Positions 1-9,362 of a DNA stretch of 64,000 nt are shown here, piece after piece. The notes under the pieces were generated by a model, which did no database searches, was not told the DNA's origin, and saw nothing but the letters and a program-made list of their open reading frames with translations. Where the stretch lies: assembly GCA_030619985.1 (NCBI GenBank), contig JAUXAI010000001.1:8708-72707 (forward strand). The letters are read 5' to 3'. Both the position numbers and the translations under genes were made by a program. Every line of letters begins with the position of its first letter. Position 1 is the stretch's first letter. Origin of the DNA: a bacterium. GTDB taxonomy: Bacteria > UBP18 > UBA7526.

Positions 1-168
1 TCTTTGGATTCTACCAAGATCAGGGAATTAGGCTGGAGACCAGAATATAATTTTGAAAAGGCTTTGAGAAAGACGGTCGATTGGTATAGAAATAATGAAT
101 CCTGGTGGCGAAAATTAAAAGTGAAGGCAGAAGAGTTTTTTAAGAAGCAATATGGAGAATTAGAGTAG
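1..168 (+). CDS. rfbB: dTDP-glucose 4,6-dehydratase, C-terminal fragment (5' end outside window)
   Basis: Frame 1 reads ...LDSTKIRELGWRPEYNFEKALRKTVDWYRNNESWWRKLK...*, typical of an RmlB C-terminus. The TAG stop lies 1 nt before the rfbD start. Confidence 0.55.
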   Translation, partial: SLDSTKIRELGWRPEYNFEKALRKTVDWYRNNESWWRKLKVKAEEFFKKQYGELE

Positions 169-169
169 G

Positions 170-1066
170 ATGCGCATACTAATTACTGGTGCCTCTGGAA
201 TGCTGGGCACAGATCTGGTAGAAACCTTATCAAAAGAGCATGAGGTAGTGGGATTAGATATTAAAACTCCACCGTTCACAGTTCACCGTTCACAGTTCAC
301 CGTTTGCGATATTACGAATGAAAAAGAGGTAATGAAAGCGGTCTGTGATGTAAAGCCAGAGGTAGTGATTCACGCTGCAGCCTATACTGATGTCGATGGC
401 TGTGAAAAGAATGAGGATTTAGCCTACAGAGTAAATGGGACTGGTACCCGGAATGTAACCTTAGCCTGTCAAAAGTGCAAAGCAGTTATGGCCTATATCA
501 GCACCGACTTTGTCTTTGATGGAGAAAAGAAAGAGCTCTATCTCGAAAGTGATAAGCCCAATCCTTTGAGCATCTATGGAAAAAGTAAATTAGAGGGAGA
601 GAGATATATTTCTTCCCTTTTAGATAAATACTTCATCATTCGCACTTCTTGGCTATTCGGTAGACATGGAAGAAACTTCGTTAATACTATATTAAAACTC
701 GCTCAGGAAAAGAAGGAACTAAGAATAGTAAATGACCAAATCGGCTCACCCACCTATACCAAAGATCTCGCCCAATCGATCAAAAAACTGATCACCGATC
801 ACTGTTCACAGAGCACCGACTTCGGTATCTACCATATTTCCAATAGTGGTTCCTGCTCTTGGTATGAATTTGCTCAAGAGATATTAAGGGTTAAGGGTTA
901 TGGGTTAAGGGTTAAAGGTATTAGTTCCGAGGAATTGGAACGGCCGGCGAGAAGGCCAAAGTTTTCTGTCTTAGATAACAGTCGCTATATCAAAACTGTG
1001 GGTAAACCATTAAGGCCGTGGCAAAAAGCCCTGAAAGAATATATTGGAAAAATTGAGGCAACATAA
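170..1066 (+). CDS. rfbD: dTDP-4-dehydrorhamnose reductase
   Basis: 298 aa with N-terminal MRILITGASGMLG Rossmann motif and RmlD-like body. It contains two in-frame tandem-repeat insertions. Confidence 0.85.
   Translation: MRILITGASGMLGTDLVETLSKEHEVVGLDIKTPPFTVHRSQFTVCDITNEKEVMKAVCDVKPEVVIHAAAYTDVDGCEKNEDLAYRVNGTGTRNVTLACQKCKAVMAYISTDFVFDGEKKELYLESDKPNPLSIYGKSKLEGERYISSLLDKYFIIRTSWLFGRHGRNFVNTILKLAQEKKELRIVNDQIGSPTYTKDLAQSIKKLITDHCSQSTDFGIYHISNSGSCSWYEFAQEILRVKGYGLRVKGISSEELERPARRPKFSVLDNSRYIKTVGKPLRPWQKALKEYIGKIEAT
272..304. repeat. Heptamer tandem array (CGTTCAC/AGTTCAC x4) inside rfbD, in frame
   Basis: ccgttcacagttca ccgttcacagttca ccgtt; it encodes FTVHRSQFTVHRSQFTV. Confidence 0.8.
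887..919. repeat. Heptamer tandem array (GGGTTAA-like x4) inside rfbD, in frame
   Basis: agggttaagggttatgggttaagggttaaaggt; it encodes RVKGYGLRVKG. Confidence 0.8.
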
Positions 1067-1091
1067 AATTAGTCCTATTGTAGGAGGTAAG

Positions 1092-1433
1092 ATGAAAAAT
1101 CTTAAATTCCTCAGTCCCAAAGAAGAAAAAGCAGTAAAGGAATTTTGCAAAAGCCTGAGGACGAAATACAAAAAGAGAGTGAAGTTTATCAGGATATTTG
1201 GCTCAAAAGTTCACGGCAAAAGTGACAAATTCTCGGACATTGATATATTCATCTTACTGGATAAAAAGGATAAGAGAATAAGGGATTATATTTCTCGGGC
1301 TGCCTGGGAGAGAAGCCTAAAGTATGATGTCGTTCTCTCTCCCATAGTCTATGAAGAGCGCCTATTTCGCAGGCCAGTCATCCAGATTACCCCTTTTATC
1401 AAGAATGTTTTAAAAGAAGGAGCTATGATATGA
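1092..1433 (+). CDS. Nucleotidyltransferase-domain protein (MNT-type antitoxin of a HEPN/MNT pair)
   Basis: GS-x9-DxD motif (FGSKVHGKSDKFSDIDIFILLD). A GGAGGT RBS sits 5 nt upstream of the ATG at 1092. The six-frame ORF extends upstream to 1044. Confidence 0.7.
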   Translation: MKNLKFLSPKEEKAVKEFCKSLRTKYKKRVKFIRIFGSKVHGKSDKFSDIDIFILLDKKDKRIRDYISRAAWERSLKYDVVLSPIVYEERLFRRPVIQITPFIKNVLKEGAMI

Positions 1434-1899
1434 AAAGGGAACTGGTGGATTTAGCAAAGCATAGATTAAAGAGAAGTAAGGAGGCTAAGAGAGACGCCCT
1501 CCTTCTCTTTAAGAAAGGGTCTTACGCCAGTGCCATAAATAAGAACCTGCTGAAGCAGAATCTTGTTTATTCCTTATTTAGATGAGGCAAGTAGAACGCG
1601 TCGTCATAAATAGAGCATATTACGCGATATTCTATGCTACACGCGCCTTACTAGCAACAAAGGAGCTGGATTCTTCTAAGCATTCTGGAGTAATCGCCCT
1701 TTTCAATCGTCATTTTGTTAAGAAAGGATTAGTTCCCAAAGAGTTAAGCAGAATACTCCACACTGCTTTTGAAAAGAGAATAGCCGGGGATTACAAGGAC
1801 TTTCCTGAATTTTCTAAAGAGGAGACTAAAGAAATCCTTTCCAAATGTAAGATATTTTTGAATGGAATTGAAAAGGTTTTAAAGAAATTCCTATCTTGA
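1430..1899 (+). pseudogene. HEPN-domain protein, frameshifted (N-terminal part 1430-1585, C-terminal part 1582-1899)
   Basis: ATGA start/stop overlap with the MNT gene. The N-terminal frame gives MKRELVDLAKHRLKRSKEAKRDALLLFKKGSYASAI... The C-terminal frame gives ...RAYYAIFYATRALL...HSGVIALFNRHFV.... Together they form a full HEPN fold only across a frame change near 1546-1608. Confidence 0.6.
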
Positions 1900-1923
1900 T
1901 AGAATACTCTTGAGGACAAACTG

Positions 1924-2859
1924 GTGAAAGTACTAATAACTGGAGGAGCAGGTTTCTTGGGTTCGCATCTCGTGGACCTTCTCTTAAAAGAGGGCAACGA
2001 GGTCATCTGCCTGGATAATCTAATAACTGGAAGTATGGATAACCTTGCCCATTTACAAGACAATAAAAAGTTTAGGTTCATTAAACAGGATGTAACGGAG
2101 TATATCAAAATAGATGGGCCGATTGACTATGTCTTACATTTCGCCTCACCAGCCAGTCCCATCGATTATCAGAAATATCCCATCCAGACCCTCAAAGTTG
2201 GTGCCTTAGGAGCCCATAAGACTTTGGGTTTGGCAAAAACAAAAACAGCCAAATTCCTTCTGGCCTCGACTTCAGAGGTATACGGGGATCCATTGGTTAA
2301 TCCCCAGAGAGAAAATTACTGGGGGAATGTTAATGCTATAGGGCCGAGGGGAATGTATGATGAGGCAAAACGTTTTGCTGAAGCTATGACTATGGCTTAT
2401 CATAGGTATCACGGAATAGATACCAGAATCGCTCGCATATTCAATACCTTTGGAGAGAGGATGCGGAAGAAAGACGGTCGCGTAGTTCCCACCTTCATTA
2501 CTCAGGCCCTAGCCAATGAGCCCTTAACCGTCTTTGGAGATGGTTCCCAAACAAGAAGTTTTTGTTATGTCTCGGATATGATTGAAGGACTATATAAGTT
2601 AATGCTATCCGTTATTCATGAGCCCATTAATTTAGGCAATCCTCAAGAGATGACCATCTTGGACTTTGCTAAAAAAATAATTGAATTGACTAAGAGTAAG
2701 AGCAAAATAGTCTATAAACCATTGCCCCAGGATGATCCCAAGGTGAGAAGGCCCGATATCTCTAAAGCCAGGAAACTCTTAAAGTGGGAACCAAAAATAA
2801 GTCTGGAAGAGGGACTAAAAAAAACCATTGCTTGGTTCAAAAAGAGCAAAGAAGCATAG
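1924..2859 (+). CDS. uxs: UDP-glucuronate decarboxylase (UDP-xylose synthase)
   Basis: GTG start; [14 protein letters not shown] plus YxxxK SDR-extended features; 311 aa, UXS-like throughout. Confidence 0.8.
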   Translation: MKVLITGGAGFLGSHLVDLLLKEGNEVICLDNLITGSMDNLAHLQDNKKFRFIKQDVTEYIKIDGPIDYVLHFASPASPIDYQKYPIQTLKVGALGAHKTLGLAKTKTAKFLLASTSEVYGDPLVNPQRENYWGNVNAIGPRGMYDEAKRFAEAMTMAYHRYHGIDTRIARIFNTFGERMRKKDGRVVPTFITQALANEPLTVFGDGSQTRSFCYVSDMIEGLYKLMLSVIHEPINLGNPQEMTILDFAKKIIELTKSKSKIVYKPLPQDDPKVRRPDISKARKLLKWEPKISLEEGLKKTIAWFKKSKEA

Positions 2860-2864
2860 CAGAA

Positions 2865-2976
2865 TACAAGTTGACAAGGATACAAGAATACGAAAATAAC
2901 TAAACTTGTTAACTTGTCAACTTATTAACTTGTTAACTTATCAACTAATCAGCTAATCAACTTGTCAACTAATAAG
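2865..2976. repeat. Inverted oligomer-repeat hairpin (ACAAGTTAACAAGG family), empty form
   Basis: Forward acaagttgacaaggatacaag (2865-2891), then reverse complement cttgttaacttgtcaact... arrays (2905-2976). Confidence 0.8.
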
Positions 2977-2992
2977 TATGGGGGTGGAAAGA

Positions 2993-3151
2993 ATGATTGA
3001 CAAGGAATTGTTAGAGATTTTAGCTTGTCCAGTATGCAAAGCAAGTGTAAGATTAGAGCAGAATAAAATTGTCTGTATCAAATGTGGCAGAAGGTATCCC
3101 ATTCGGGACGGTATTCCCGTGATGCTGGAAAGCGAAGCAGAAAAAGAGTGA
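2993..3151 (+). CDS. Trm112-like small protein (UPF0434)
   Basis: 52 aa MIDKELLEILACPVCKASVRLEQNKIVCIKCGRRYPIRDGIPVMLESEAEKE, with the Cys4 zinc-ribbon pattern of the Trm112 family. Confidence 0.6.
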   Translation: MIDKELLEILACPVCKASVRLEQNKIVCIKCGRRYPIRDGIPVMLESEAEKE

Positions 3152-3155
3152 CTGA

Positions 3156-4412
3156 ATGAAGTTTGTCGGCACCTTCGAGAGACAAGTCTCTTTCATATTC
3201 ATTGCTCTCACATTGGGCAATATAGGTAACTTTATATTTCACATTTTTATGGGGCGTCATCTACCAGAAACGGAATATGGAATCCTCTATAGATTGCTTG
3301 CCCTTTTAATGATCGTCTCTGTTCCCGCAACTACTATCCAGACAGTAATTACCAAGTATACTGCCCACTTCAAAGCCTTTAGCCAATATGGTAAGATCCG
3401 TTTTTTATTATTTAATCTTCTCAAGAGGCTCTTCTTCTACGGTTTCCTGGGCTCCCTTATATTTCTGACGGCAAGCGGTAGAATCGCTTCTTGGCAGCAT
3501 TTTCCCTCTAGCAGGCCAGTTATGATCCTGGGAATACTTTTGTTGTTGAGTGTTATCGCCCCAGCAGCAGGAGGAATAATCCAGGGCCTGCAAAAATTTA
3601 ATTACTTAGGATGGAGCACCATATTAGGCACCGCTTCCCGTTTAATATTTGGAATTATCTTTGTCTTCCTCGGTCTGGGAGTAAGTGGGGCTTTAGCTGC
3701 TTCTATTCTCGCCATGCTTGTCGGTATATGCATCCTCTTCTTTCCCCTGAAGTTTCTGTTTAAATCAAAGGAAACAGAGGAGAGGGTAGACTTTAAAGAG
3801 ATCTACAGATATTCTGCTCCGGTTATATTCAGCGTCCTCTTCTTCATGATTCTGACCAACATCGATGCTCTATTAGTGGGAAACTTCTTTAGCCCGGTTA
3901 AAGCAGAAATTTATTCTGCTGCTGCCTTTGTGGGAAGGATGATATTATTTCTTCCCATGCCCATTGTGATTGTCATGTTTCCTAAAGCCTCAGAACTATA
4001 TGCCCAGAGAAGGGACTCTTCCCTTATCTTGAAAAAAAGTCTACTTTACGTTGGCCTCTTAGCGGGTGGAACAACCCTTGTTTGCCTTTTCTTTCCCTCT
4101 CTCATAATTAAGCTTATCTGGGCCGGTAAACATCAAGCAAGTACCCCATTAATTGGAAAGTTCGCCTTAGCCATGGCCCTATTTGGTCTAGTCAATATCC
4201 TTTTCTTCTATCAGCTCTCCATTCATAGGTTTAGATTTTTATATTTAGCAGGCGCTTTCACCCTTTTACAGATAATCGCTATCACTCTATTCCACAATAC
4301 CCTCTCCCAGGTAGTCTGGATCTTGGTGGCCAATGGAGCGTTACTCTTTTTAATTAATCAATTTTTAGTTTGGACACCGAAAAAGATTTCTGAAAAAGTC
4401 AGAAATCTTTGA
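3156..4412 (+). CDS. wzx: Polysaccharide/O-unit flippase (Wzx-like, MOP superfamily)
   Basis: 418 aa, about 12 predicted TM helices, typical polysaccharide-biosynthesis-protein architecture. Confidence 0.65.
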   Translation: MKFVGTFERQVSFIFIALTLGNIGNFIFHIFMGRHLPETEYGILYRLLALLMIVSVPATTIQTVITKYTAHFKAFSQYGKIRFLLFNLLKRLFFYGFLGSLIFLTASGRIASWQHFPSSRPVMILGILLLLSVIAPAAGGIIQGLQKFNYLGWSTILGTASRLIFGIIFVFLGLGVSGALAASILAMLVGICILFFPLKFLFKSKETEERVDFKEIYRYSAPVIFSVLFFMILTNIDALLVGNFFSPVKAEIYSAAAFVGRMILFLPMPIVIVMFPKASELYAQRRDSSLILKKSLLYVGLLAGGTTLVCLFFPSLIIKLIWAGKHQASTPLIGKFALAMALFGLVNILFFYQLSIHRFRFLYLAGAFTLLQIIAITLFHNTLSQVVWILVANGALLFLINQFLVWTPKKISEKVRNL

Positions 4413-4494
4413 TTACAGTGATTAAAAAATAAGATTACACAGATTAGTTATTAACGACGAAATCTGTGTAATCATTCTCAAAATCTGTGTAGTC
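4411..4494. repeat. Inverted 13-mer array hairpin (GATTACACAGATT x2 / AATCTGTGTAATC x2)
   Basis: gattacagtgatt, gattacacagatt ... aatctgtgtaatc, aatctgtgtagtc. The same 13-mer family recurs in frame inside the GT2 gene at 10048-10081. Confidence 0.8.
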
Positions 4495-4552
4495 AGAGCC
4501 CTCTGAAGATTTTTTCAGAGACCTCCGAAAAGAAGATTAGAAAGGATAGAGA

Positions 4553-5296
4553 TTGAAGGAGTTTAAAGGTAAGTTATCCATTCTGGTTCCAGCTCATAAT
4601 GAAGGACCCCATATCTATGGTAATATCCGTGAGATTCAGAGGGTCTTCGATGAAATTGGTTGCCGGTATGAACTCATTATTATTGATGACGGCAGTAAGG
4701 ATGAGACCCATGAGAATGCTCAGAAGGCGGCAAAGGGGTTCAAGAACATTATAGTAAAGAGGATGCGCCAGAACCGGGGCAAAGGAAGAGCCTTGAAGTA
4801 TGGCTTCCGCTTCGCTAAAGGAGATCTGGTGGCCTTTCTCGATGCCGATTTAGATCTCCATCCAGAGCAGATTCAAAACCTCTTCAGGATTATGAATAAA
4901 GAGGAGGTAGATGTAGTCATTGGTTCTAAAAGGCATCCAGAATCAAAATTGAAGTATCCTTGGCATAGGAAAATTATCTCCAATGTTTATTTTTTCTTAG
5001 TCAAGATTATATTCGGTTTACCTCTCAGAGATACCCAGACGGGCATTAAACTCTTTAAATATGAGGTACTTAAGAAAATATTTCCCAAGGTACTTATTAA
5101 AAGATATGCCTTTGACTTAGAATTATTGGTCAATGCCCACCATCTGGGATACAAGATTGCAGAAGCACCCATAACCTTAAATTACCAACGCTTTATGGGA
5201 CGTATTGGTTTAAGAGCCATTTATCACACTTGGTGGGATACCATGGCCATCTACTATCGTATGTATCTCCTGAAATACTACAATGGAAAGAAATAA
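4553..5296 (+). CDS. GT2 family glycosyltransferase
   Basis: LSILVPAHNEG...IIIDDGSKDET N-terminal GT-A motifs; a TTG start is possible. Confidence 0.7.
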   Translation: MKEFKGKLSILVPAHNEGPHIYGNIREIQRVFDEIGCRYELIIIDDGSKDETHENAQKAAKGFKNIIVKRMRQNRGKGRALKYGFRFAKGDLVAFLDADLDLHPEQIQNLFRIMNKEEVDVVIGSKRHPESKLKYPWHRKIISNVYFFLVKIIFGLPLRDTQTGIKLFKYEVLKKIFPKVLIKRYAFDLELLVNAHHLGYKIAEAPITLNYQRFMGRIGLRAIYHTWWDTMAIYYRMYLLKYYNGKK

Positions 5297-6254
5297 TTAT
5301 CCTAAGGTCTCTATTATTATTCCAGTAAAAGAATCTAATGAAAATCTGCAGGAATGCCTTGAACATTGTTTGGAACTCGATTATCCGGATTATGAAATTA
5401 TAGTATTACCAGATAAGATGGAGAGATTATCTTATTCTCAGGTGAAAGTCATCTCTACCGGGACTATTGGGCCTTCTGAAAAGAGGGATATTGGGATTAA
5501 GCATGCTCGAGGGGAGATTCTTGCTTTCTTAGATGATGATACCTTCTCCACCAAGGATTGGCTCAAAAAAGCAATGAAAAACTTTGAGGAGACAAACGTG
5601 GCTGCTGTAGGTGGTCCAGCCGTTACTCCAGAGAGTGACGGTCTAAGACAGCGAGCAAGCGGCTTGGTCTATTCCTCTCTTTTAGCCAGTGGAGGATTCA
5701 CTTACCGCTATATTCCCAAGGAGAAATGTTTGGTAGATGATTATCCTTCCTGTAATTTCCTAATTCGGAAATCGATTATGGAGAAAATAGGAGGCTTTGG
5801 TTCTAAATTCTGGCCGGGGGAAGATACCAAACTCTGCCTTCATATTACTAAAAATTTGGGCAAAAAGATTATCTATGATCCGGAAGTCTTAATCTACCAT
5901 CATCGTCGCCCCCTTTATAAAAAACACTTAAGGCAGGTAGCCAGTTATGCTCTTCATCGGGGTTATTTTGCTAAAAAGTTTCCTGAGACCTCATATAAGA
6001 TATCATACTTTATCCCTTCTCTCTTTGTCATTGGTCTATTCTTTGGTTGGTCATTAGGCTTTATCCATCCTTTCTTTTTCAAGATTTATCTCGGCGTAAT
6101 TTTGTTTTATCTTGTCTGCGTTCTACTTACTGGTTTTAAGCATAGAAATCCTAAACTGGCTTTTCTGGTATCCTCAGGTATTCTGGCTACTAACCTCTCC
6201 TATGGAATCTTCTTTCTTAAGGGTCTATTCTCCCGAAGGCTAAAAGAAGAATGA
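5283..6254 (+). CDS. GT2 family glycosyltransferase with C-terminal TM helices
   Basis: VSIIIPVKESNENL...EIIVLPD, a DDD motif, and C-terminal hydrophobic helices. Confidence 0.7.
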   Translation: MERNNYPKVSIIIPVKESNENLQECLEHCLELDYPDYEIIVLPDKMERLSYSQVKVISTGTIGPSEKRDIGIKHARGEILAFLDDDTFSTKDWLKKAMKNFEETNVAAVGGPAVTPESDGLRQRASGLVYSSLLASGGFTYRYIPKEKCLVDDYPSCNFLIRKSIMEKIGGFGSKFWPGEDTKLCLHITKNLGKKIIYDPEVLIYHHRRPLYKKHLRQVASYALHRGYFAKKFPETSYKISYFIPSLFVIGLFFGWSLGFIHPFFFKIYLGVILFYLVCVLLTGFKHRNPKLAFLVSSGILATNLSYGIFFLKGLFSRRLKEE

Positions 6255-6257
6255 TGA

Positions 6258-6308
6258 ACCCCGCACCTTTAGGCAAGGGCAGAAAATGAATACAAAAAGG
6301 TGCGGGGT
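6258..6308 (+). terminator. Conserved stem-loop element, copy 1 (ACCCCGCACCTTT ... AAAGGTGCGGGGT)
   Basis: 13-bp perfect stem with a loop containing agaaaatgaata. It is near-identical to the element at 58741-58806. Confidence 0.6.
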
Positions 6309-6315
6309 GAAGGTA

Positions 6316-7839
6316 ATGATTTCTTATCCTCCCTTGAAAGGACCAGGATGTCCTTTATTGAGTCAGAACCGTCAGTTTCAATGGTTCCATAATCCTACTT
6401 ATATCTATCCCGTAGTTCCGGCCTGGGCAGCGACGATGCTTAAGAACGCGGGTTATGAGGTCATCTGGAACGACTGTATTGCAGAAAATTGGGACTATAA
6501 AAAGTTTTTGGATTTTGTCCAAAAGGAAAAGCCCGACCTCATTGCCTTTGAAACCAAAACCCCAGTAATAAAGCAGCACTGGCAAATCATCAACGATTTG
6601 AAAAGACCAATCACCAATCACCGATCACCGATCACCGTATTATTCGGTGATCACGTTACTGCTCTACCTGAGGAATCTTTCCACAATTCTCAGGTCGATT
6701 ATGTTCTGACCGGTGGTGACTATGATTTCCTCCTCCTCAACCTCTGTAACTTTTTAGCTACCGATAACCCGATTACCCGATCACCTGATCACCTGATAAC
6801 CCGATTAGAACCCGGCATCTGGTATCGAGAAAGTGGCGAAATTAAGAATTCCGGTCTTTTCCGATTAAATCATGATTTAGATTCTTTACCTTTCATTGAT
6901 CGTGATTTAACTAAATGGAAACTCTATGCTTATGAAAATGGAAATTATAAATTAACCCCCGGGACCTATATTATGGCGGGAAGAGATTGTTGGTGGCGAA
7001 AGGATGGTGGCTGTACCTTTTGCTCCTGGACCGCCCTTTATCCTACCTGGAGGGTGAGGTCGGTAGAGAATGTCTTGGATGAGATGGGCGAGCTTATTGA
7101 GAGATATAAGATTCGGGAGATAATGGATGATACCGGTACTTTTCCGGCTGGGGAGTGGCTGCGAGAGTTCTGTCAGGGGATGATTAAAAGAGGTTATAAT
7201 GAAAGGATTAATTTCGATTGCAATCTGCGTTTTGGAGCATTAACCAGTAAAGATTATAAACTGATGGCCAAGGCGGGATTCAGATTCCTCCTTTATGGGC
7301 TTGAATCGGCGAGCCAAGAAACAATTAATAGATTGAATAAGGAGATAAAGATTGCCGCCATTGAGGAGGAATTAAGAGAGGTCAAAAGGGCAAATAGAGA
7401 GATTAAAGGACATCTCGAACCCCATGTCACCTGTATGGTTGGCTATCCCTGGGAGACAAAAGAGGAGGCAGAGAAGACGATTCAGATGACAAAGGATTTG
7501 TTCAGTAAAGGCTTGATAGACACCCTTCAGGCAACCATTATGATTCCCTACCCAGGAACGGCCCTCTTTAAGGAATGCAGGAAGAATGGATGGTTAAAGA
7601 ACGAGGATTGGGATGGGTTTGATATGAGTCAGCCGGTCATGAAGACTCCTCTGAAGGATGAGGAAGTAATGCGACTCACTCAGGGCATTTATAAATCCTT
7701 TATTACCCCACGCTTCTTATTTAGGAAAATAATATCTATCAGGAATATTGATGGCTTAAAGTTTTTCTGGCGTGCTGGAAAGGCAGTTTTGGGCCATCTC
7801 CGGGACTTTATGAAAAAACAATCTAAATTTTTGACATAG
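6316..7839 (+). CDS. B12-binding-domain radical SAM protein
   Basis: N-terminal Rossmann-like B12-binding region, then a Cys cluster (CWWRKDGGCTFCSW) and a TIM-barrel region. The six-frame ORF start at 6286 lies inside the hairpin, so ATG 6316 is more likely. The CDS carries two in-frame repeat insertions. Confidence 0.65.
   Translation: MISYPPLKGPGCPLLSQNRQFQWFHNPTYIYPVVPAWAATMLKNAGYEVIWNDCIAENWDYKKFLDFVQKEKPDLIAFETKTPVIKQHWQIINDLKRPITNHRSPITVLFGDHVTALPEESFHNSQVDYVLTGGDYDFLLLNLCNFLATDNPITRSPDHLITRLEPGIWYRESGEIKNSGLFRLNHDLDSLPFIDRDLTKWKLYAYENGNYKLTPGTYIMAGRDCWWRKDGGCTFCSWTALYPTWRVRSVENVLDEMGELIERYKIREIMDDTGTFPAGEWLREFCQGMIKRGYNERINFDCNLRFGALTSKDYKLMAKAGFRFLLYGLESASQETINRLNKEIKIAAIEEELREVKRANREIKGHLEPHVTCMVGYPWETKEEAEKTIQMTKDLFSKGLIDTLQATIMIPYPGTALFKECRKNGWLKNEDWDGFDMSQPVMKTPLKDEEVMRLTQGIYKSFITPRFLFRKIISIRNIDGLKFFWRAGKAVLGHLRDFMKKQSKFLT
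6608..6637. repeat. Heptamer array CAATCAC/CGATCAC x4 in frame inside the radical SAM CDS
   Basis: caatcaccaatcaccgatcaccgatcaccg encodes ITNHRSPITV. The same CGATCAC heptamer forms the array at 50912-50939. Confidence 0.8.
6761..6808. repeat. Octamer array CCGATNAC x6 in frame inside the radical SAM CDS
   Basis: ccgataac ccgattac ccgatcac ctgatcac ctgataac ccgattag. Confidence 0.8.
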
Positions 7840-7900
7840 GGCATTCAAGATGTTATGCTAAATCTGGAAAACCGAACTTTATTTCGGAAATCCAAATCAT

Positions 7901-7994
7901 TAAAAGGACGGGAAATATACTCCATACCTAGACGCAGATATAATATCATCAGAAAATGTTATATCTGAATGCGTAGAAAAATGTGGAGAGTAAG
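7901..7994 (+). pseudogene. Duplicated internal fragment of the downstream GT2 gene (9590-10558)
   Basis: It translates to KDGKYTPYLDADIISSENVISECVEKCGE*. The intact gene has RGKYILYLDADMILSKDVISECVEKC; the two are about 75% identical at nucleotide level over roughly 80 nt. Confidence 0.7.
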
Positions 7995-9362
7995 ATGGAT
8001 ATAAAAGCACTAATTAAAGAAGGCGAGTCTGAAGCCTTAGAATTTAAAGAATCTACAGGAGAGTGGAAAGAGATAGTTTCAACTATCTCTGCTTTTGCTA
8101 ATACTAAAGGTGGTAGGATAATTATTGGAGTTTCTAAATCGGGTAAACTATTTGGTGCAGAAATTGGCAAAGATACTATTGAGCGTCTAAGCAATCAAAT
8201 CTCTCAGAATACCGACCCCAAAGTTCATCCCCGCATTACTACAGAGAAGATAAAAGGCAAATCCATAATCATTATTGAAGTAAAAGAGTCATCCGACCAT
8301 TTGATTCTTGCATTTGGTAGGCCATTCAAAAGGGTAGGCAAATCAACTGTCAAAATGTCCAAGGATGAGTATGAAAAGTTGATTTTAGAAAAGCATAGAG
8401 AGAAATTATATTTTGATTCTCAAATTTGTAAAGGTGCGAAGCTAAAAGATATCAATAAGGAAAGATTATTATGGTTTGTTAAGGAAGCAAGGGTTCATAG
8501 GGGTTTGGATGTAGAAGATATGCTTCCCACAGAAGAAATTTTAGAAAGATTAAAACTTTTAAAGGAAAGGAAGTTAACCAATGCCGCTATATTGTTATTT
8601 GGAAAAAATCCTCAGAAGTTTTTTCTTCAGACGATAATAAAAGCAATCAGATTCAAGGGGACTGATGTAACGGAAGATATGCTAGACTTTAAGACCATAG
8701 AAGGAGATATCCTGATTCAGCTTAAGAGGGCTGAAGACTTTATCTTTGAACACATTCCGAAACAGGCATGGATAGAAGAAGGTAAACTTCAAAGACAGGA
8801 AAAATGGTTATACCCGCCTAAAGCGATAAGGGAGGCTTTGGCAAACGCATTAGCGCATAGAGATTATGAGACAACATCAAGTGTTCAGGTTAGAATTTTT
8901 GATGATAGGTTAGAAATATGGAATCCAGGAGGTTTGCCATCAGGACTTACAGTGGAAAAACTAAAGAGAAAACATACTTCCATCCCTCGCAATCCTCTTA
9001 TTGCGAGAGCCTTCTTTTGGGTGAAATACGTAGAAGAAGTTGGCACAGGAACAAATAAGATTATCAAATGGTGTAAAGAGTGGGAGTTACCTGAGCCAGA
9101 ATTTGAAGATACAGGAACAAGTTTTGTATTAACTTTCCGAAAATTCTATGTGAGTGAAAGTTTATTAGAAGTATTGAATGAACGTCAGAAAAAGGCTGTA
9201 GGGTATCTTAGGGAAAAAGGCAAAATAACAAATAGAGAGTATCAAAAACTTTGCGCTGGTGTAAATAGAGAAACCATAAGAAAAGACCTAAATAATTTAA
9301 TTAATAAAAAAATTATTATTAGAAAAGGAGAAAAAAAAGGGGTTTATTACGAACTTATATGA
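7995..9362 (+). CDS. COG2865-type putative regulator/defence-associated protein (AlbA_2 Schlafen-like domain + HATPase_c_4 + C-terminal wHTH)
   Basis: N-terminal ...EFKES...region of the divergent AAA/AlbA_2 type; the central region resembles the RecG-C-terminal-like ATPase fold; the C-terminus is a winged helix. The six-frame ORF starts with GTG at 7983; ATG 7995 is preferred. Confidence 0.6.
   Translation: MDIKALIKEGESEALEFKESTGEWKEIVSTISAFANTKGGRIIIGVSKSGKLFGAEIGKDTIERLSNQISQNTDPKVHPRITTEKIKGKSIIIIEVKESSDHLILAFGRPFKRVGKSTVKMSKDEYEKLILEKHREKLYFDSQICKGAKLKDINKERLLWFVKEARVHRGLDVEDMLPTEEILERLKLLKERKLTNAAILLFGKNPQKFFLQTIIKAIRFKGTDVTEDMLDFKTIEGDILIQLKRAEDFIFEHIPKQAWIEEGKLQRQEKWLYPPKAIREALANALAHRDYETTSSVQVRIFDDRLEIWNPGGLPSGLTVEKLKRKHTSIPRNPLIARAFFWVKYVEEVGTGTNKIIKWCKEWELPEPEFEDTGTSFVLTFRKFYVSESLLEVLNERQKKAVGYLREKGKITNREYQKLCAGVNRETIRKDLNNLINKKIIIRKGEKKGVYYELI

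Noticed and set aside
1791-2108. 105-aa minus-strand ORF overlapping the HEPN 3' end and the uxs 5' end
   Set aside because: It is antisense to a strongly supported UXS N-terminus ([10 protein letters not shown]) and likely spurious.
3078-3260. 60-aa minus-strand ORF overlapping the Trm112-like gene and the flippase start
   Set aside because: It is antisense to two well-supported plus-strand genes, with no RBS or recognisable motif.
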